Part shown: in pieces, positions 43,843 to 59,590 of the stretch
Layout: every line of letters begins with the position of its first letter
Position numbering within the stretch: the first letter of the stretch is position 1
DNA from: the human T2T-CHM13v2.0 reference genome, Homo sapiens
Assembly (NCBI RefSeq): GCF_009914755.1
Contig: NC_060934.1
Strand: one strand, 5' to 3'
Length of the DNA: 64,000 bases
Translations under genes and position numbers: made by a program
The notes under the pieces: generated by a model
The model's input: the letters and a program-made list of their open reading frames with translations, nothing else
Told to the model about the DNA's origin: nothing
Database searches by the model: none

Positions 43843-44449
43843 ACACAGAGAAACACAGAAAACTTACTTCAAAGTGTAGTCATCAAAAATGCAAATTGCA
43901 CTACTCTAGAAAATTACTCAGGAAAGCTCAGCATTGTGCAGAACCAGCAGGAAGAGGCCATTTCCCAGCTCCATGATGCAAACAAGGAGCTTTTCCTATG
44001 CTGTAGTGCATCAGCATAGGTTCATTGAGATTGCAACTGGAAGCTGGTAGGTCACTTTGCAAACACCTGCCTCCCCTTCTCACTCCTCACACCAGGTCAC
44101 GGCAGGGTGCAAGCCCCTGCAGAGAGATGGATGAACGGATGATGACCTGGGACAGACATGCAGGCCAGTCTAGAGTTGTGTGTCTGTGATGTTGAGTAAC
44201 CTCAGGTCAGGTGGCAGTGGGAGAAGGCAAGGAGGGCATGTCCCCAGGTGGCAAGAACACAGTGGGAGAGGCCTCTCAAACCCTGGTCAGGCTTTCCATC
44301 CCAAGATCCCCTCCCTGGGCCCCCGCCTGCTTGGAGACTTAGACTTTGGAAACAGCTGCAGACCGCAAGTATGTGGCATCAAGAGAGGGCGTTTTTGTTG
44401 GGGAGGCTTCAGTGTAATAATGGGCATATCTGTATGATGGGCTCTTGGG

Positions 44450-44625
44450 TTTGACTCTAGTAACAACTATGTAACCTCTCAGTGCCTCAGTTTCCTCATC
44501 TGTAAAGTGAACATAATAATAATACCTACCTCCTTATAACTCCAAGAGACATAATGAGATTAAAGGAGTTGCCATATGCAAAAAGCTTAGTCCCGTGCTT
44601 AGCACATGTGAAGCGCTAACCAAGT
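44450..44625 (+). mobile_element. MIR
   Basis: aacctctcagtgcctcagtttcctcatctgtaaagtgaacataataataatacctacctc. Confidence 0.8.
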
Positions 44626-44684
44626 TCTCTATAATGACCTCCTGGGCGCTCTTGGACCGTGCAGAGTAATGACCACCCTCTTCT

Positions 44685-44988
44685 ATTTTTGTTGTTGTTG
44701 TTGTTGTTTGTTTTTGAGACAGAGCCTTGCTATGTTACCCATGCTGCAGTGGCTCAATCATAGCTCACTGCAGCCTGAAACTCCTAGGCTCAAGTGATCC
44801 TCCTACCTCAGCCTCCCTAGTAGCTGCAACTATGGGTGCATGGCACCACACCCGGCTAGTTTTTTATTTTTTTGTAGAGATAGGCTCATGCTATGTTACT
44901 CAGGCTGGTCTCAAACTCCTGACTTCAAGCGATCTCCCACCTTAGCCTCCCAAAGTGCTGAGATTACAGGTGTGATCCATGTCCAGCC
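44685..44988 (-). mobile_element. AluJ with (GTT)n tail
   Basis: Diverged dimeric Alu. Confidence 0.88.
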
Positions 44989-47900
44989 ACCTTCCTCTAG
45001 TATGAAGGGTGCGATGTGGCCATCCATTGTGAGCAAGAGTAGTCACTACATGTGCATTTGTGATGGCCACTCTGGACACTGGCCAAAGTGGGTGATTCCC
45101 TTCATGTTTGTAAAAAAGCACTGAAATACCAACACCAAATGGTTAAACAAACCCAGATTGTTGTTGGGGATTTTGACGGAGAAAGGATTAACTCACTTTC
45201 AAGAGCCTTGGCTTCATACCAACATTATTTACTCAGCTGAGAACTGCCTTTCAACACTAGCCAGTGAGGAAGCCAGGCTGAGCGCTGGGGAGGCACCAGG
45301 GGAGGAGAGGGGGCCGACATGGATGCAATGCACAGCCATGGTGAGGTTCTCGGAGGGGTCTCTTACTCGGCCAGCCCTCTAACTGGGGTATGAGAGATGG
45401 GGGGCTTCACTTGTGTTCTGTAAGAAAGAACCACCTCATCAGGCACATAATCAGCAACCGATGTCGCCCTTGGGCAGCAGAGGCTTCCACCTGCTTACTT
45501 TTTCCAAATAGTTAATAGTGATTATTATGATTTAAATACTTCTCTTGCATCCCCAACAACTGAAGTGCAAATGTGTTAAGAAATGTTCTGGTGCCAGATC
45601 CCTGAGTTTCCAGAGGCTGAATGTGCTTCTTTTCATATGTGAAGCCAAAACATACAGAACCGGACGATTCTTTCTGCAAACTTGATAACGTGCCTGCCGT
45701 GGATGGACTTGCCCACGGTGTGTCTCCGTGAGCCTAGTCCAAGGACAGTTGTCACGGTACAGGCTCTACCACCTATACATCAGTGACCCTGCAGATGTGA
45801 TGGCCTGCAGGGAGCCTCCACGGTGCAACCTCGATGGTGCTAAAGTGACAGGGGTGTGGTTGCACCAAGCATTCAGTCCAGTTCATTATTCATCAAACTG
45901 TTAGTTAGTGGAGCTCACGTTGGGCATTTCCTCTCAGCTCTTAAGAAGAGATAGTAAAATGTGAAGCTTTAATTTTTAGGAAAGATAGAGGAGCCCCATA
46001 AAAACACAAAATACCCTAGGATTATTGCCAGGGTTCACTGAGTACTGACTGTGGCCTTGAATGGTGTTAAGAGCTGGAAATCCAAAGCTGAAACAGCCTT
46101 CGTTCCTTGCCTTCAAGGAACTTGTAGTCTGTGGCATTAATAATTTCAGCCAGAATGAGGAGTGCTGGAAGGAGATAAAAAGGCATAACAAGTGCTGGGT
46201 GCCTGCCAAGGGCTGTTTCTCTTATCTCCCCCCACAACAAACTCTGACTAGTGCAGCCTCACCCCAGCCTACGTGAAAAAATGGAGGTGTGTGAAGCAGA
46301 ATCACCCCCAGTTCACACGGATAGTAAGTGGCAGAGCCAGAATGCAAATCCAGATCCGTCTGTCTCCTGGGCTAGTCAGCCTTGCACAGGAGTCAGGGTT
46401 CCCAGAGCAAGGGGAGACGGACTCCCTATCTAGGGAAGCTGGGGAAAGCCACAAAGAGAGGGTGATGGTTGAACTGCAACATGAACTGACTCCCTGTCTC
46501 CAGATTCCTTTCCACTCATTTCCCATCTCCTGATGTCATAGGGGTCACCCCTGGAGAAGGCACTGGAGCACACGCCAATGGCCTGGCCTTGGATACTGAG
46601 GGATGCTGCTAGACAGGTGAGGTGCAAGAGATGCTCCTTGAAAGATCCATCCCTTCAGCCCAGAAAGAAAGGAAAGGCCATGAAACCTGGGCCCAATCCC
46701 TGGAGGAGGAGGTTGGTGGCTGGTAGCTGGGCTGCTAGGCAGGGGAGATGAGGAGGGGCGACCCTCGTTGCCATGACTGCATTTCTGGGCACAGCGGATG
46801 TGTCAATCCAGTGATTCTGAAAATGATCAACAATGTGTGCAAAGGGATAAGGGCTTTCTTGCAGCTCTGACAAATGATCCTTGAGGGATACGGATCAGAG
46901 CATAATAAATTCCACACATATCACTCTGATCCATATAAGGCAACTGCCATCATCCTGGTGGACAACATCGCTTGTGTGGGTGCTGAAATGTGCCAGGTGC
47001 TTTTCATGGCTCTTGACTGTGTTTTCCAGGCCTTGACCATGGAGGAGTACTCAACTAATTGGTTGTCTGATCCCCTGAATGAGAAAATGGCATTTTTCCA
47101 TGAGAAGCTGTCAGCACCTGAGAGAAGATGGAACACCCAGGTGGGTCACAGGGTGACTGCCTGCCAATAGCATCCTCTAGCAAGGATGGTGCAAGCTGCT
47201 CCCTTTGGTGGGCAAGTGTCACCCAGGGTAGGGAGTGGTGCTACAGACTGAGTGACTAATGAGGAGAAACAGCCACAAAAAAAAAAAAACGCTCCCAGAA
47301 GGTGATATTGGGGTTCACTGTCCTGGGATTTGGCTCAGTGTCATCAACCAAAATAAAAAAACAAGAGAGCAAGCAGAAATCCACCAGCACACAGAGCTAC
47401 TAAACATGACTCACCTTTAGAATGCAACTCTGGAATGTGTCCCATTTGAAGACTCTGATGGTAGTTATCTGTGAGATCAACAAAACATCTGGCCTGATGT
47501 TCGATGTTGAGAGTCCCAGAAGGAACAGAACAAGTACATATTGGAAAAGCATTTGAGGTCTGCCCTTAAAATTCCATAAGGGAGGCCCCCCTCGAAGGGT
47601 CTTCTTTGGTGGCATTTCTGAAATGACCCAGTGGTCTATTTCTCCCATCTTTCACCTTCAGTATTAATAATAGTACCAATCCTATCTGAAATGTCTTTTA
47701 TAATTGTGTAATTACACATCTCATTTATCCAATTGTTAGGCCAAGAGACTGATTAAATATTAACAACTGCTTGGTTCTCGTGGTGTCATTAGTTGGAACA
47801 CAACCCTGTAATCTCAGGTAACACACGACGGTAATTATCCTTCACATTCACACTTAGCTGAAAACCCAGAGCAGTCAATCCAGATAAGGTTGCCCAGTTG

Positions 47901-50900
47901 AAAATGCATTGCCTTTAAATCCTGTTTTATCTCCACAGTCTCACAGCAAGGTGCATTTCAGACCAGTTCAGGGGTTTTGAGAGTAAACCTGTCGTTACCG
48001 GGCGATGGCTGGGGGAGGGAGGCAGGGCAGGCATAACAAACAGCTCAATTCCCACGCATGCAGCCCTCTCCAGTCATAAATCTGATGGGACTTCAGAAGT
48101 TATAATGGAATTTTTACCCGAAGCACCAAGATGGAGAATCTGGTTAGGTCAAGCATCCCTTACATTCAAGAACAGTGCTGAGTGTAGCAGCATTTGCCTT
48201 TGTTACTTCCCTGGGTGGAGGAGGCTGGAGGGGCATTTGCAGGCCCAGCGGCCTCTGGCTGTGGCCATCAGGGCTTCTGCCTGAACCCGCCTAGGGCTGA
48301 GCCCGTTGCAGGGCTTGGGAAGGGTCCCTCCTTCCAAACTGGTCTTTTCCTTTCAAGCCATCCCAGCTCTCTTCCAGCCAGAGACCCCCCCATCTTCTCT
48401 ACCCAGTTTTCTTTCTCTTTCACAGCCTCTGGTGCCTCCCATCACATTCCCGCTGGCCCGTGGAGCTCTGGACACTGAAATTCTCCCTGGTGCTTGCTCT
48501 CAGGCCTTAGGTAAGTCATCTTGGTGCTTCGGGATAAAAATTCCATTATAATACCTAAGGAAAAAATACCTAAGGATATGCTCCTGCTTTTCATCAGCCC
48601 AAAGGCTAATTTTCTTGGAAGCATTTCTCCCCTTCTGACGTTTAGGAATACAATGGTTTCATTTTTCTGCTCCACAACTTCCTAGCTGTCCACCTCTTTC
48701 TGACCATCAGCCTCAGATTCTTGTGCCCATAGGCAGGGCTTCCAGACCGGGACCAGGCCACCCTGATGCTGAGTAAGCGTTGCAGCTGAGAACTGTCCAC
48801 TGTGGCCCCTGCCTTTGTGGATTTATCATTTTCTTCCCTATTATGCGCCTGTACCTACAGAATGCTCTTCACAGCTGGCAGCAGGCAGGCAGTGCCCAGG
48901 GGCACTGAGCCCCAGAGACCTGACAAGCCTGTTTGAGCCGTGCCTGAAAAATGTGGCTCATCCTCAGGCTGCAGCGGGGAAAATGGAAGAGTTTAATTGG
49001 TTCTGACTTCAGGATTCAGATCATAGTTTTCCCTGGAGGTGTGCATTGCAGGAAACAATATTACCAAAGCCAGGTCCTGGCTGAAATTAATCAAGTTCCA
49101 TGAACATTTGTAATGGGAAAACAGAAGAGAGCATTTGAACATTTAATTACAATATTTTGTAATTGTTAAATCACCAGTGACATTACAAAACGCTCTAGGT
49201 GAGCAGATACATGATGTATTTCTGTTGAGAAGGCAGAAATACTCAGCAAAAATGAAGCAATTGTAGCTATATTTTCTCCTTTATCTTCTCCCAAAGGGAA
49301 CAATTCAAATACATCATTTGACTTGATTGTTTTTAATTACATTGTAAACATTTCAAAAAAAATCTGGGATAAAGATGAACACACAAGTCAGTTGGTAATA
49401 AAAATGCAGGCTCCAATTCTTCTTGGATGACAGATGAAATGAGTTTAATATATTCTTGTTTTGTGGAAAGCATGAACATTTAAAACTGCAAACAACTGAA
49501 TTCAATTAGCAGGTCTTCTTCGAAACGGCTTGGAGAACTGGAGGGCAAGGAACTCTCATTATCTGCCCATTGTAGAATTGGGGGGAGCATCACAGTTCAC
49601 GGCTGGTATGAATTGGTGGAGAAACAATGTAAAATTGGTCCCCGTGTTTTTCCATACAGCTGTTATCTGGCAAGCAGATCTACTGAGAGATTAGGCTGCT
49701 AGTGTTTTCAATCCCTCACCTCACATAAGTGCTTAATTCATCAGAAAGATATAAAAGCAGAGAAAATACATTCAGTGTTGAAAGATGGACTGCTAACTGC
49801 ATTGCTTTCAAATGCAAGTAAATCCCAACGGTAAAGTCCAATTCCAAATTTTCCTCCACTAATAAATCACAATCGGCAACTGTCGCTGGGCCCCATGCAC
49901 GGCTCACCTGCCTAGAGAGGCACTCTCTGCGAGAAATCCGTCCTGTGCTAACTTTCTGAGTTGGTGGAGGTTTTGATTTTGGAGAAGAGAATATCTGTTT
50001 GTTTGACAGAAGAGGGTGTTTGCTGTGGTGTTCAAGGCATATGTATTTTTGGTCTCTTAGCACAGACATGACTTTTACAGCCCTGGAAACTCATAAATAA
50101 CACAGTTCACACATTTAATTGCTTTGACCAGTTTGGTAGGAAGAGCAGGAAACTGGCCTGAACAGGAACCCCGTTGTCACCTGAGCCGCACACCCGGTCT
50201 GATCTTTCCTTTGTTTTAGTTGTTAATCGTGTTCCATGAAAGAAACAGTGCACGCTGACCCTCGACACTGAGGAGCACGATTCACTTCGACAGTTAGAAC
50301 CCTAGCAACTTCTGCAACCTTGAGAGTTCAAGGACTGCAACAAAGACAATCAGTGGAGAACCATCGCGCCTGCAGTTTTCTCGGGAGAATTGAACTGCAT
50401 GTGATTGGACAGCAAGAGAGTGGGCAAGCCAGGGACAGCCACCACAGTTAAAGTACTGTGGGCCATGCCTTCATGCCCCCCTCACTCATGGAATTTTTCT
50501 GGACTGAGCCAGAGTCTGGAGAGGTGGTGCAGCTGTTCCCTAAGTGAGTGGGGTTCCCCTACCTTTCACTCAGGGAATGTTTAATGTTTTCCTTTTACAA
50601 TTTCCTTCTTCAGCTTCCCTCTCTCCTAATGATGAATCCTGTAAACTTTTGCTTTGCCTATGTTCTGCTGGAAACCATGTTACTGTGTACTTTGAAGACA
50701 TTACTCCGTAGCAGGAGGCAGGGTGGGAGGTGCTCTGGGGAATGACAGCAGGCCTTGGCTGGGGGAAACTGACACCAGCTGGAGGAGACAGCCCCAGGCA
50801 GGGAATCCAGCAGCAGAGAGCTCACCCCAAAGTGATGAAGGTTGCGTGGAGCTTGCAGGCTGCTGGGGGGAGGAATGTGGTCACAGGGCCTTCTCACCAA

Positions 50901-53332
50901 GCTCCTATGGAGCTTAACTTAACTTTGGGCAGAAAAAGAGGGTAAACAAGGAACCAAAGGTTGTTGTAAGAAATTGAGGGCTACCTCCAAGTTTGGAGCC
51001 TAATAAAAAACTGTCCCTGTTCGAAGGGGAGGACTCAGCCCCATGTGGTTGAAGTGGAGAACAGCTGGGACCTCCCAGGGCCTGGGGCCTTCTAGGGAAT
51101 GGGAAGTGACAACACAAGTAAGCAAATGAACTGGGGACATGGGAGAGGTGAGGCGGCAAAGTGGGGCCAGGGTAGCCCCGTCTCCAGAGGAGAAAGCTGG
51201 CAAGACTGGGCTGGGAGCGCAAAAGCGGGCAGCTCCAAGGTGAGACCTTGGCATGAGAGGACTGCCATTTTCAGCCCTATTCCCTGGGCAGTTCACATTC
51301 AGGATGGTGTGGCCGGTAGGGCCATGGTTGCACCATAAATATTAGTTTAAAATTGGGGGAAATAAGATAGCTCTTGGAGCGGGTGGGGGGAGATTTTCTT
51401 CATGCTTCAGGTACAACTTACTTTTCAGCGGTTGCCCATCTTTTCTGTCTTATTTTAATTGTCTTCTAGAAGAATTGTCCATTTAAGACATTTTCACAAC
51501 GATGTTGATGAATCTGACAGAAAATATTGGGATGATCTAAGAGCTTGCTCCTGGTGTACTAGCACCAATGTCAGACTGCACTTAGTAGAAAATTGGCAGG
51601 TATTATTAGCTAATGATTGGATGTGATTCAGAATGCAGTGCTTCAGAGTGTGAAAGGTTTAATTCAACCTCACAATGTGCCAGAGCCTGCTCTCTTTACT
51701 TAGGACTAATGCGGTCCCTGCAAATCACACCTCCCAGCCACTTCGTGTAGAAAGAGAGCAGTCAGCCTGTTTTCCTGAAAGGTAGTCAAACACTCTCACA
51801 TAAGGAGAACGAGCTCTCTCATCTACACCTCTATCTGCTTTGCCACCAACTGAAATTCAGCGGTTTCTTTCCTAAGTTAAAAGAATATTAATGCTGGAGT
51901 AGCTTAGGGTCTTGCCGAACATATTATAAGTTCCTTGTACTACTAGAAGGCCTTTTGCTATCTCTGAATCAATTACCTGAGACACTGACAGCCCTGCAGC
52001 CCAACACACTCTCCTTATCCCTGGAAAAGAGCAAACTTAAGGTTGCAGCAGCATGATTTCCTATCTACTGTCTCAACCCTTTAGCAAATCGCTCAGTTTT
52101 AGGGCTCTGGGCTTTCTCTTCTGGGACTGTCAACAAGGAGGCCAATTAGTGTCCATTATAGCAATGGATTTTGTGATGTGGAAATTTCCCCAATTGTGAC
52201 TGGGCTGAAATCCCCAATTAATCCCACAGGACCCAGGAAAGCATTTGAGTTCTTTGTGATAATTGCCTAAGCTTGCTCTCTTCAGCAATAAAGGCCCTCG
52301 GAGTTATAACAATTATTATTACTATAATTATTATTTCCCATATAAGACGATGAACGTTTGAGGTAGTATTTCAGCACACTGATGAAAATCAAAGCAAAAT
52401 GAAAACATTCAATTATTCGTTAATACCTGCCAATTTCCTTCTCCCCTAGTGCCTTTTATTATCATTGCAAGAGCCAGATTCTATTCTCCCATCGATGTGC
52501 AAATGGAAAAGTACAGCTTAGCAGCAGCAGCTCCCAGGTAAAGCCATCTGCCCGGAAGCCTTGAGGACCCTCCCAAGGCCAGCCCGGCTCTGTGCCAGGC
52601 TGGCTCTTCATGCCTGCGACCCCCAGGTGGGCACGCTGGGTGCCTGGTTTTCCACATGACCGGGGCACCCGGGACCTGCGTGTGGATTTGGGGAGACCCC
52701 TGGAGGACCTGGGAGTCGTTCCATCAGTCTTTTGGCGACTTGGGATGGACTTAAGTTGCTATTAAAAGGGAAACCAGACCCACTTTCTTTAAGCCAACAC
52801 ACTAAAATTGAAAAAGGGGGACCTCGGAGGAATCCACAGGGGAGAATGTGAATTAACTAGGTGTTACCTTTGACTGGTTTGGGCCAAGTGACAGCTAAAT
52901 GAAAAGCGGAGTTTTCTCTTCAGTGGCCCTGGGCATCTGACCTGCGAGGAGACAGTAGCGTTAGTTTCCCTCAATGGAAGTTTCAGACTCATTTCAGAAT
53001 CTGTTTCCGGAGAGATGATGGAAAGACAAAGATTACCTTGAAGCCTAAGAGCCCTTTTTGACCACGTTCTACCTTTGTGACCCAGCAGGCCTGGTGAACA
53101 GCAGGTGAACATTCCACAGGAAAGTGAGGCCGGGGGAGGAGAAGGGAGGGGTCCTATCCATACACCCAGAAAAACTGCCCAGATGTGGGCTTCCTAGGAA
53201 AGCGGAGGAGGAGAGGGTGAAGAGTAGAGGAAGGCTGCTGGCTCCAGTGCTGCCTGAATTTGCATCTCCTGAGGACTTAATTTCTGCCAAACCATTTTGT
53301 TTGAATTAGGATAAGAAATGAGAGACAATTTA

Positions 53333-53650
<318 letters not shown>

Positions 53651-54039
53651 ATGAGAGACAATTTCAAACCCAGCCCAAACCCAAAGAGTTGGCAACTCTA
53701 GTCAAGTAAAACTTTGAAAAGGATTTCAAGGCCTGGCAGCTTACTGGGGTGAGTCCCTAGATGGGTGGCAATGTCCCTTTTCCAAAGGGGCAAAGGGGAG
53801 CCACCCAGGGCACTAATTGAAGTATCCCCCAGAGACCTTATGGTCGGCCATGGGATGTCTGAAGTTCCAGCATTAGTTATTCCTTTGGCATGAGGTCATC
53901 CTTCAAAAGGACTAAGAAATTTAAGTTTGTGGGAAGAGATGAGCGTCATTCATCAAGCCTCTGATAGCAGGGATCTGAGAGACTGGGTGACAGCCCAGAA
54001 AGGCCATGATGTAGGGGAGGGGTCAGAAAGTCAAAAGTC

Positions 54040-54295
54040 TGTAGCCAAATATTTCAGATTTTATTTGCTCATTAGTGGGTCATGAAATCAACTTAGTGCA
54101 AGGTATCCAGCCTTTAAAAACGAATTAGAACAGGACATATCAAAATACAATGTAAATTATTTTGTATACTGTATTATTTTTATAAAATAAAACCTTTTGT
54201 CTCAGTTGTATAGGTATCTATCTGTGTATAGTATTTGTATGTATTAATGTGTGTCTTGGGTTGTAAACACATCTTTTTTATTTGTGGGTCGTCAT
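54040..54295. mobile_element. hAT-Charlie-type DNA transposon relic
   Basis: cattagtgggtcatgaaatcaacttagtg...ttgtgggtcgtca pattern recalled from Charlie-type MITEs; subfamily uncertain. Confidence 0.45.
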
Positions 54296-54444
54296 CTTCC
54301 TGGGACTATTAGGCAGTAGGGACTCAAGTGAGAAAATGCACGGGGCACCACAATTGAGGGACTAGGACAGATGTTCCCTCCTTCACAATTCTACTGAGGC
54401 CTACCCTAATGAAAACAGCAAAACTTCAGCTTAATCTGGTAAAG

Positions 54445-55716
54445 CCAAGTCCACACACCTACAACTTGCTGATCTTCGACAAAGCTGACAAAAACAAGCA
54501 ATGGGAAAAGGACTCCCTATTCAATAAATGGTGCTGGGATAACTGGCTAGCCTCATGCCGAAGATTGAAACTGGACCTCTTTCTTACACCATATACAAAA
54601 ATCAACCCAAGATGGAGTAAAGACTGAAATGTAAAACCCCAAACTATAAAAATCCTGGAAGAAAACCTAGGCAATACCATTCTGGACATAGGAATGGGCA
54701 AAGATTTCATGACAAAGATGCCAAAAGCAACTGCAACAAAAGCAAAAGTTGACAAATGGATCCAATTAAACTAAAGAGCTTCTGCACAGCAGAAGAAACC
54801 ATCAACAGAGAGCAGACAACCTACAGAATGGAGAAAATATCTGCAAACCATGCATCTAATAAAGGTCTAATATCCAGCATTTCTAAGAAACTTAAACAAA
54901 TTACAAGAAAAAAACAACCCCATTAAAGAGTGGGCAAAGGACATGAACAGACACTTTTCAAAAGACATACATGTGACCAGTAAGTACATGAAAAAAAGCT
55001 TAACACCACTGATCATTAGAGAAATGCAAATCAAATGAATGCCCTATGAAAACCACAATGAAATACCACCTCACACCAGTCAGAAAGGCTATAATTAAAA
55101 AGTAAAAAAAAACAGGTGCTGGCAAGTTGCAAAGAAAAAGGAATGCTTATACATTGTTGGTGGTAGTGTGAATTAGTTCAACCATTGTGGAAAACAGTTT
55201 GGTATTCCTCAAAAACCTAAAAACAGAACTACCATTCGACCCAGAAATCCCATCACTGGGAATATAAATTGTTCTATCATAGAGACACATGCACACATTC
55301 ATTGCAGCACTAGTCACAACAGCAAAGACATGGAATCAACCTAAAATGCCCATCAATGGTAGACTGGATAAAGAAAATGTGGTATACATATACCATGGAA
55401 TACTATGCAGCCATGCATACTAACACAGGAACCAACAAACACAGGAACAGAAAACCAAATACCACGTGTTCTCACTTATAAGTGGGAGCTAAATGATGAG
55501 AGCACATGAACACATAGAGGGGAACAACACACACTGGTGTTTACTGGAGGGTGGGGTGGAGGGTGGAAGGAGGGAGAGGATCAGGAAAAATAACTAAAGG
55601 GTACTATAGGCTTAATACCTGGGTGATGAAATAATCTGTACAACAAATCCCCATGGCACTAGTTTACTTAAATAACAAACCTGCACATGTACCCCTGAAC
55701 TTAAGGTTAAAAAAAA
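54445..55716 (+). mobile_element. 5'-truncated L1PA (older primate) ORF2 end + 3'UTR
   Basis: ORF2 remnant [33 protein letters not shown] and canonical 3'UTR ctgcacatgtacccctgaacttaa + A tail. Confidence 0.93.
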
Positions 55717-55837
55717 TGAAGGAACTTGCCAGAATTACAGAGCTAAATAGTTGGTAGAATCAGGAATGAAATCTAAAACCATAAGACAACAAAGCCCATG
55801 TTTCTAACCACTGTGATATATAAAGGAGACCATAATG

Positions 55838-56131
55838 GGCTGGGCGCGGTGGCTCACACCTGTAATCCCAGCACTTTGGGAATGCCAAGGCAGGCAGATC
55901 ACATGAGGTCAGGAGTTCGAGATCAGCCTGGCCAACATGGCAAAACCCCGTCTCTACTAAAAATTCAAAAATTAGCCGGGCGTGGTGGCGCATGCCTGTA
56001 GTCCCAGCTACTTGAGAGGCTGAGGTACGAGAATCGCTTGAACCCTGGAGTTGGAGTGAGCCGAGATCATGCCACTGCGCTCCAGCCTGGGAGACACAGC
56101 AACACTCTGCCAAAAAAAAAAAGAAAAAAAA
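55838..56131 (+). mobile_element. AluS
   Basis: Full Alu. Confidence 0.9.
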
Positions 56132-58952
56132 ACAGGAACCTGTAATGATACTAGACGAAAATAATTATGAACACTTGAGTAAGCATTGGAGTTTCTAAGC
56201 ATATTACCAAATGCAAAGGCCATGCAAGAAAATACTGCCAGATTTGATTGTAAATAATGTTAAATTCTGCTATGCCAAGCATATATATGAAATATGAGGA
56301 AAAGTTTTTAAGGAAAATGCAACAAAACATTCCAATAGTGCAGTCACCTTCTGTAAATTTTCTGTGCATATATGAGCACACATATATCCTTTTTCTCCCT
56401 CTTTCTTCCCCCTTTTTAAACAGCAAATGGGGACACGGTATACTTTCTTCTGTACCTTGCTTCCTTCACACAATACTTATTCCAGCCCATAAAGTGCCAC
56501 TTCAGTCTTTTCGACCACACCATGCTACTCCATTATATGGTGTACTGTCATGTTTTTTACCAGCTCTGATAGACATTTCAGTTGGGTCTAGTCTTTTGCT
56601 AACTATAAACAATGCTGCAGTGAACATCCTTGCTCATCTACCTGTGTCCTTGTATGGTACTATCTATGGGACAAATTCTTAGAAATAGAGATCCTGGGTG
56701 AAAATGTGCATTTTAGATTGTGATAAGCACTGTCAAATTTCTTTCCGTTACAACAAAATATTAATGGCACTGTGCACCTGGACACTAGAGACATGTTCCC
56801 CCCTTCCCCTTACAGTGCCCCATTGGGCCTTCCATCATCAGAAAGCTCCTCATGCCACATCTTGACACATTATTCCCGTCCTCCTGCTTCTCTTTGCCCG
56901 CCCTTTACTTCCAGAAGGAAAAAAGACCATTTGAAAGACTTAGTTTTCTTGGACATTTTAGAATAACTTTCCTTGGGTGTAACCATTGTCAAAAAGGCTT
57001 GGTTCAATGAATGTCTTATGAAAACCTGAACTGTGCTTTAATTTGCATTAGACTGGGAGAAGATAGCACGTTAGGTTCCTAAGCACAAGACCTTAAATAT
57101 CTTTCAGAGACAGCCAGAGCTCTAGGGCTGGCTGTGCAGTGCATGTGTTTGAGCTACTTGGATCTCTTCCATAGGTGAATTTTTGTAGTAAGATATGCAT
57201 TACAATTCAGGCAGCAATCAGACTAAATTCGGTGCTTTGTCTCTGCAAAGGCCTGGTGGTCTCTTTGCAACTCCTAGGTGGAGATTAAATTCATATTTAA
57301 TGAACAAAGGCACAATCTTTTCATTGAGGAGTGCTCAGTGGCTATTTATTAAAAAATATGATCTATTATAATTCTAATAATTTTGAGATTTTGTTTTTGG
57401 AACATACTTAAAATGGCAAGAATTGCCATCCTATTGTTTCTTCTTAAGCTAAGGGGGTGGGGCAATTCTGAAGATAGGAGCAAATGTAATTGAAAAAGAA
57501 AATTTAGCTTCACATTAAAATAAGAAGGAATAATCTGTACACCTTTTAGTTGTCACATTTGGTTTCCTTCAATGGGTGGCATTCCTACAGTTGAGCAATG
57601 CATTGAAATATATTCACACTTCAGAGCATGGAAAATGTGATGTATTCCTAAGCCAACGTCTGCATACTAAACACAAATTTAAAATGTGCCCCCAAAATTG
57701 TGGCTATAGTTTTATTATAGGAATAACCATGACCGTGACCAAATATAAGACACAATAAACAGTTCACCTCTAGAAGTAATATTCCTGAAGAGGTGGATAT
57801 TGTTTAAATATACATTAGGTTAAACCACAAGCCTAGATAAGCTTCTGATTGTCCAATGTCAGAGAAGTCAGAATAAAGTTGAAGCTAAAAACCTGTTCTG
57901 CTAAATTCCAGGTCATACTCACCAGGACACTTTTTCTCAGGAGCCCAGTGAAAAGGGGAGATGCTATAAAATATGTACCTAACAAAGCTTGTCAGCAGCT
58001 TGAATGGAGCAAACCAGTCCAGATCTGAGAATTCTAGGAAATAAATGAAGTTGAACATTTACTGCCAACAACCATGTCACTGGGGCCACAGACAACTGGA
58101 GCCGCACAGCTGGGGAGGGGAGGAGTCTGTAGCCAGAGAAGGCAGTGGAACGCACCCAGGTTGGATTATTTATGGTGTGCTGATGAAGAGGCAACTTTCC
58201 ATATGAGGAACAGCTTAACAGAGGAATAGTCAAGTTAAACTAGGAAGAGGTCCAGTGAGAGAGAGAGAGAGCAACAAAAGTGGACGTGAATAAAAATGAC
58301 AGGTAATAAAACAATACAAATCTAAAAATGCTGTAACTTTCAGAAATAATTTAGGGCCAAAAGAAGAGGAAAAAAATCTAGTTTTGCTGGCGTTGGGACA
58401 ATTTTCCAAGAAGCAAAAGACATGAAGCAAAATGAATGTGCTGAATTTAAGACCAAGTTTGCCTCCATGCCTTTCTAGCTACAAGTTTGGTTTCTTCTAA
58501 GGCTGGTTTATTCATAAAAAGTGTTAACTTTGCTTTTATTTAGCTGATGTATCCTTTTTTTTTTTTTTTCAACAAACATCTGCTGTGCACTATTCCATGT
58601 CAGCCACTGGACCCTCTAGGGCTCTGTGCTGAACCTCTGTTCACAGGCACAGTTCCTGCCCTCATGAGGCTCATTATCTAGTGTGAGAGATGGACAAGTC
58701 CACCCTCAGCTTCTGGACAGCAAGGTGGGTGCTATGATGACAGCTATAACAGGGGCAAGGGAAGGGCAGAGGGACAACCGCAGGAATGAGGTGCTGCATG
58801 GGCTGAGACCTAAGGAATACAGGCCCCAAAGTGAAACCTGGCATGGAAATAATTTAGTGAATGTTGCTTTCTATTCTGATTGAATAGACACTTACCAAAC
58901 CTCCATGCAATCCAAACCCTAGTTTTTATTTAAAAATTAAAATGCATTTCAT

Positions 58953-59331
<379 letters not shown>

Positions 59332-59429
59332 TTAAGATCTGTCTACTCAAGCTTTGTACAATCTTTTATATGGTACAAAATACCTCTTCTCCCAAGTCTG
59401 GCCAAAAGCCTAATAAATACCAGCCACCA

Positions 59430-59590
59430 GTTATCACATGGCCCACAGGTGCCAGGCATTTCGTGTGTGTCTCTTTTACTCTTCACAACAGTGCCTTGAC
59501 ATAGGATTGTCACCCCCATTTCACAGAGGAGAGAATGGAGCCTAAGAGGGGACACTCTCTCGAGGCCACACACAGTAAGTATTGGAGCAC
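59430..59590 (-). mobile_element. MIR
   Basis: gtgccaggcatt...cccatttcacagaggagagaatggagcctaagagg...gaggccacacac. Confidence 0.6.
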
